DNA of 63,953 nt, counting the filler, from Acidimicrobiia bacterium (lineage in GTDB: Bacteria; Actinomycetota; Acidimicrobiia; Spongiisociales; CAZKJJ01): the NCBI GenBank assembly GCA_046759765.1. It is 7 parts of 7 records of this genome, joined end to end, with 100 filler letters (N's around TTAATTAATTAA, not from the genome) between each part and the next. Parts side by side here need not be neighbours in the genome. Positions count along the whole stretch, not along the records: positions 59,721 to 63,953 come from JBHICV010000189.1; 6 more parts are not named here. One strand, 5' to 3'. Made by a program: the position numbers and the translations under genes. The notes under the pieces are model-generated. The model saw only the letters and a list, made by a program, of their open reading frames with translations. It searched no databases and was not told the origin of the DNA. How positions within the stretch are numbered: the first letter of the stretch is position 1; every line of letters begins with the position of its first letter. Below, one piece after another: positions 60,290-63,953 of the stretch.

Positions 60290-61393
60290 GTGACGACAAG
60301 CCCAGCAGAACTGGCCGCGGCCGTCCTGGCCGAGGGCGAGGCACGCGGTCTGGTCGCCGTAGGAATCTGCTCGGCCGAGCCGTTCTCGAGTGTTGCGACC
60401 GATATGAAGCGACGGCTGGCATCGGGTACCGCCGGCCGGCTCACCTTCACGTACCGCGACCCCGATACCGCCACCGACGTGAAACGAAGCTTCCCGTGGG
60501 CTGAGCGGCTGGTAGTCGGAGCGGCCTCATACCTACCCGCCGCCGGCAGCCCTACAGGCGAGGCGGGAACCGGTCGTATCGCCCGGTTCGGAACCGAGGA
60601 CTTCTATCCGCTCGTGCGCGAGCCGCTGGCGGCCATAGCACAATTACTTCGAGGCCTTGGCTATCGCGCCGCGGTGCTGACGGATGACAACCGGCTGGTG
60701 GACAGAGCCGCGGCCGTCCGCGCAGGAGTCGGGTGGTGGGGAAAGAACTCGATGGTGCTCGCTCCGCGCTTTGGGCCTTGGCTGCTGCTCGGATCCGTCG
60801 TTACGGATGCGCGGATGCCTGCGACTCCCGCCATGCGTCGCGACTGTGGAACTTGCGACGCCTGCCTCAGCGCCTGCCCCACGGGCGCGCTCGTCGCGCC
60901 CGGCATTCTCGACGCCACACTCTGCATCGCCTACTGGGCACAGACCGCCGGGGTGATCCCACCGGAGATCAGGATTCACATGGAAGACCGTCTATACGGA
61001 TGCGATGACTGTCTGGAGGCGTGCCCGCCGGGAAGCCGAATGCTGGCAGTCGCTCCTACCGGACGAGGTACCGTCGATCTCGTAACGCTGCTGCGTTCCA
61101 GCGACGATGAGTTGTTGGAAGCTTTCGGGCACTTCTACATCCCGAAGCGGCAGCCGCGGTATCTGCGCCGCAACGCGCTCGTGGCGCTGGGCAACGTCGG
61201 AACCCGCGATCACCTTCCGCTCCTAGGTGAATACCTGGCGTCGGATGACTGGCTTTTGCGGGGTCATGCAGCGTGGGCCGTGGGACGCATATCCGGGAGT
61301 CTCGGAGGCGCGATGCTCACCGACCGTCTGCCGCTCGAAACCGACGAGCGAGTCCGCTCCGAGATCACGACCGCCTTAGGCGCCGCGGGTTAG
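60290..61393 (+). CDS. queG: Epoxyqueuosine reductase
   Basis: GRIARF...DFY, DRAAAVRAGVGWWGKN, CGTCDACLSACPTGA, CIAY, YGCDDCLEACP, RRNALVALGN, HEAT-like tail. Confidence 0.95.
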   Translation: MTTSPAELAAAVLAEGEARGLVAVGICSAEPFSSVATDMKRRLASGTAGRLTFTYRDPDTATDVKRSFPWAERLVVGAASYLPAAGSPTGEAGTGRIARFGTEDFYPLVREPLAAIAQLLRGLGYRAAVLTDDNRLVDRAAAVRAGVGWWGKNSMVLAPRFGPWLLLGSVVTDARMPATPAMRRDCGTCDACLSACPTGALVAPGILDATLCIAYWAQTAGVIPPEIRIHMEDRLYGCDDCLEACPPGSRMLAVAPTGRGTVDLVTLLRSSDDELLEAFGHFYIPKRQPRYLRRNALVALGNVGTRDHLPLLGEYLASDDWLLRGHAAWAVGRISGSLGGAMLTDRLPLETDERVRSEITTALGAAG

Positions 61394-61438
61394 GCACATA
61401 CTTCGGTCTTCCGAAGCCCCGGGTTACGCTGGAACGCC

Positions 61439-62059
61439 ATGGCCGAGCCCCGCGCCTGTCCAGTCTGCGGAGCCTCGAACCCGGCCGGTGCCGACTGGTG
61501 TGGCCAATGTTATGCGCGCTTCGGAGAGCACGAGCGCGCCACCGCTGAAGTCGCCGTGGTGGGGGCTGGGTCCACGCCGGCCAAGGAAGGGAGATCCGCT
61601 GCTCCCATCTGGACGTGCACAGTGTGCGAAGAGGTCAACCCGATCTCGGCGACTGAGTGCTCGGTCTGCGGCAGCTCCATGCTCGAGAGCTCTGGTGCTA
61701 CGACGTCCCAGTTCGACATCGAACCGGCCGTAGCCGTCCTCTGGTCGGCTATTCCGGGGGCCGGACTCGCCAAGGCAGGCCAGGGGCTGCTCGGTCTCTC
61801 GGCCGGGCTGCTCATTGGGATGGCCCTTTCGGCCGGGGCGCTCTTCCTGCCAACGGGAGCAGACGGTATTGGCGTCGTTCTGATACTCGTGGGGCTCGTG
61901 GTGTGGGGCATCACTGCCCACGACGCCCACCGGTTCGCGACGGGCGACACGGAAGGAGTGTTACTTCGGCCCCGCATCCTGACCTTCGTGGGTGGAGGCG
62001 TGATTGCGCTCATGGCGTTGGCTTTCATCATCACGTCCGCGCAGGTGGGGAGACAGTGA
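61439..62059 (+). CDS. Double zinc-ribbon membrane protein
   Basis: CPVCGASN...WCGQC and WTCTVC..VN...CSVC, followed by TM helices. Confidence 0.78.
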   Translation: MAEPRACPVCGASNPAGADWCGQCYARFGEHERATAEVAVVGAGSTPAKEGRSAAPIWTCTVCEEVNPISATECSVCGSSMLESSGATTSQFDIEPAVAVLWSAIPGAGLAKAGQGLLGLSAGLLIGMALSAGALFLPTGADGIGVVLILVGLVVWGITAHDAHRFATGDTEGVLLRPRILTFVGGGVIALMALAFIITSAQVGRQ

Positions 62060-62319
62060 CGGTGGTCTTTGCGGCTGCGCTGGCAGCCGGTTTCATACTG
62101 CTCGTAGTCTGGACTGTCCTTCGGGGAGTGGGCGACGGCTGCGGATCACTCATGGAGCGCCTGCCGCCTTTCATCGCGGCAGGGATGGCGTTTGGTCTGG
62201 CTGGACTGTCCGCCTCCTACGCGGGAACCTCAGTGTTAGTCAGCATCGCGGCTGCGGTTGCCGGGGCGCTCGCCGCCCTCGGCTGGGTCATCGGAACCCG
62301 AGCGATCCGCAGAACCTGA
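62056..62319 (+). CDS. Small hypothetical membrane protein
   Basis: GTGA overlap with the previous gene; three hydrophobic segments; ends 1 nt before the next ATG. Confidence 0.65.
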   Translation: MTVVFAAALAAGFILLVVWTVLRGVGDGCGSLMERLPPFIAAGMAFGLAGLSASYAGTSVLVSIAAAVAGALAALGWVIGTRAIRRT

Positions 62320-62320
62320 C

Positions 62321-63085
62321 ATGCTCATCCTTTCGGACGTCCATGCAGAATTCGACGCACTTCGTGAGGTGGCGTCTCAAGGACAACCGCTCTTGATCCT
62401 CGGCGATCTGATCAATTTCATCGACTACCGGACCTACGACGGGATACTCGCCGAGGTGCTCGGTCGAGGACTGGTGCGTGAGATCGTCGACTATCGAGCG
62501 GCCGGAGACTATGAAGGGTCTCGCCGGCTGTGGCAACGAGTGACGGAGGGAAAGCAGGACGAGGTCCGGGCAGAGATCGATCAGAAGGTACGGCGGCAGT
62601 ACGCAGAACTCTCCACAGCTTTGGCGGGGGCGGTGGCCTACGTCACCTTCGGCAACGTGGACTGGCCCGATCTGCTCCGCGACAGCCTTCCGGCTGGCAG
62701 CCGCTTCCTCGATGGTCAGGTAGTCGAGATCGAAGGCTGGAAGGTCGGGTTTGCCGGCGGAGGAGCACCGAGCCCGCTCGGTGTTCCCGGAGAGGTACCG
62801 TCCGAGGAGCTGGCCGCCAAGCTCGAAGGACTGGGTGACGTCGATGTTCTATGCACGCACATGGCTCCCTCTATTCCTGCGCTGCACTACGACGTAGTCG
62901 CCGGCATATCCCAGCGTTCCTCGACGGCGATTCTCGACTACATCGAGGCTCGCCAGCCGAAGTTCCACTACTTCGGCGACATCCACCAGCCCCGAGCGTC
63001 GCAATGGCGAATCGGTCGTACCAAGTGCCGAAACGTCGGATACTTCCGGGCTACCCGGCGGGCGGTCGCCCATCCGGGACGGTGA
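62321..63085 (+). CDS. Metallophosphoesterase (calcineurin-like)
   Basis: SDVH, LGDL, FGNVD, LCTH, FGDIHQP. Start ATG 62321. Confidence 0.9.
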   Translation: MLILSDVHAEFDALREVASQGQPLLILGDLINFIDYRTYDGILAEVLGRGLVREIVDYRAAGDYEGSRRLWQRVTEGKQDEVRAEIDQKVRRQYAELSTALAGAVAYVTFGNVDWPDLLRDSLPAGSRFLDGQVVEIEGWKVGFAGGGAPSPLGVPGEVPSEELAAKLEGLGDVDVLCTHMAPSIPALHYDVVAGISQRSSTAILDYIEARQPKFHYFGDIHQPRASQWRIGRTKCRNVGYFRATRRAVAHPGR

Positions 63086-63131
63086 GCAGCCCCCGGGTTG
63101 ACGGCTACCCTGTGGGAACTTCGGAGGAGAA

Positions 63132-63584
63132 GTGGCAGAGGGAGCCGTCCAAGGGATCGAGACATCCGCCAGCCCGCAAGCAGTCCTATCGGTGACGGCC
63201 GACCTCGAGCGATACCCGGAGTGGGCCTCCGGCGTAAAGAAAGTCGAGGTGCTGGAAAAGGACGATCAGGGCTTTCCTAAGCGCGCAAGTTTCGTGGTCG
63301 ATGCCCTCGTGAAGGAGATCTCGTACGTCCTCACCTACGACTGGTCCGGTGTGCCCGGCAAGGTCACCTGGGAAGCCGACCCCAACGAGGACATCCATGA
63401 GCTCGTCGGGTCGTACGAGTTCCGTCCACTTTCGGACGGGGGCACCTCGATCATGTACATGCTCAAGGTCGAGCCCGGCTTCAAGCTGCCCGGATTCCTG
63501 CGCAAGCAGGGCGAGCGGCAACTGATGAGCACGGCGCTGCGCGGCCTCCGCCGCCGAGCAGAAGAAATCGGAGCAGACGGGTGA
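63132..63584 (+). CDS. SRPBCC / polyketide cyclase-dehydrase (START-like) protein
   Basis: ADLERYPEWASGVKKVEVL, YVLTY, GSY, ALRGLRRRAE. Confidence 0.9.
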   Translation: MAEGAVQGIETSASPQAVLSVTADLERYPEWASGVKKVEVLEKDDQGFPKRASFVVDALVKEISYVLTYDWSGVPGKVTWEADPNEDIHELVGSYEFRPLSDGGTSIMYMLKVEPGFKLPGFLRKQGERQLMSTALRGLRRRAEEIGADG

Positions 63585-63953
63585 GGATCATCCTCGTCAC
63601 CGGTAAGGGAGGAGTCGGCAAGACCACCATCGCGGCGGCTACTGCGCTGCGCGCCGCGGAACGGGGGCGGCGTACGCTGGTCATGTCCACCGATCCGGCC
63701 CACAGTCTTGCCGATGCCTTCGACCTGGAGCTTGGGGATGAGCTGACGCAGATTTCTCCCTTCCTCTGGGGGCAGCAGATCGATTCACAGCGCCGGCTCG
63801 AGGAGCTGTGGGGTGAGATTCGCACCCAGCTCATGGCTGTCTTTGACTGGGGAGGTGTCTCCGGGATCGAAGCAGAGGAATTCCTCGTCTTCCCCGGGAT
63901 GGACGAGCTGTTCTCGCTCCTCGATGTCACAACGTACGCGAGCTCCGGCAACT
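63581..63953 (+). CDS. ArsA/GET3 family ATPase (runs off the window)
   Basis: Manual translation MRIILVTGKGGVGKTTIAAA...MSTDPAHSLADAF...FPGMDELF. Confidence 0.93.
   Translation, partial: MRIILVTGKGGVGKTTIAAATALRAAERGRRTLVMSTDPAHSLADAFDLELGDELTQISPFLWGQQIDSQRRLEELWGEIRTQLMAVFDWGGVSGIEAEEFLVFPGMDELFSLLDVTTYASSGN

Overview
High-GC DNA, most likely from an Acidimicrobiia-type actinobacterium (inferred from gene content and protein sequences). The window is NOT contiguous. It is seven contig pieces (six of about 9.7-10 kb plus a 4.2 kb final piece cut by the window end) joined by 100-nt N linkers containing TTAATTAATTAA, so gene order across linkers means nothing. Contig 1 is the core ispG-proS-rimP-nusA-infB-DUF503-rbfA-truB-ribF-rpsO-pnp region. 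Contig 2 holds a glycan-modification cluster, a crotonase and a phnDCEE-dGTPase-like operon. Contig 3 holds fabH, tsaC, prmC, an aminotransferase, an uncharacterised Cys-rich membrane protein paired with a tiny acidic peptide, an ABC-F, DUF2461 and an ABC exporter with an internal amber stop. Contig 4 is accessory: a MazF-type toxin-antitoxin pair, a PGRP amidase with seven FG-GAP-like repeats, an ester cyclase and two convergent class III cyclases. Contig 5 holds add, a GNAT, Na/Pi-PhoU, msrB, a tandem glycine riboswitch with gcvT-gcvP, and pncB. Contig 6 holds extracytoplasmic redox genes, RNase P RNA, an aquaporin, a UxxC selenoprotein split by the ORF track, and ccmFHIG. Contig 7 holds queG and a metallophosphoesterase-SRPBCC-ArsA cluster. 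Best leads: the selenocysteine thioredoxin lipoprotein and its redox neighbourhood; a family of exactly 49-bp GTTC...GAAC palindromic elements on two contigs; the acidic micropeptide/CxCG-protein pair; a CTG-initiated infB; and an unusual DUF6582-like/sensor/cyclase fusion. All family assignments come from motif recognition; no database searches were run.
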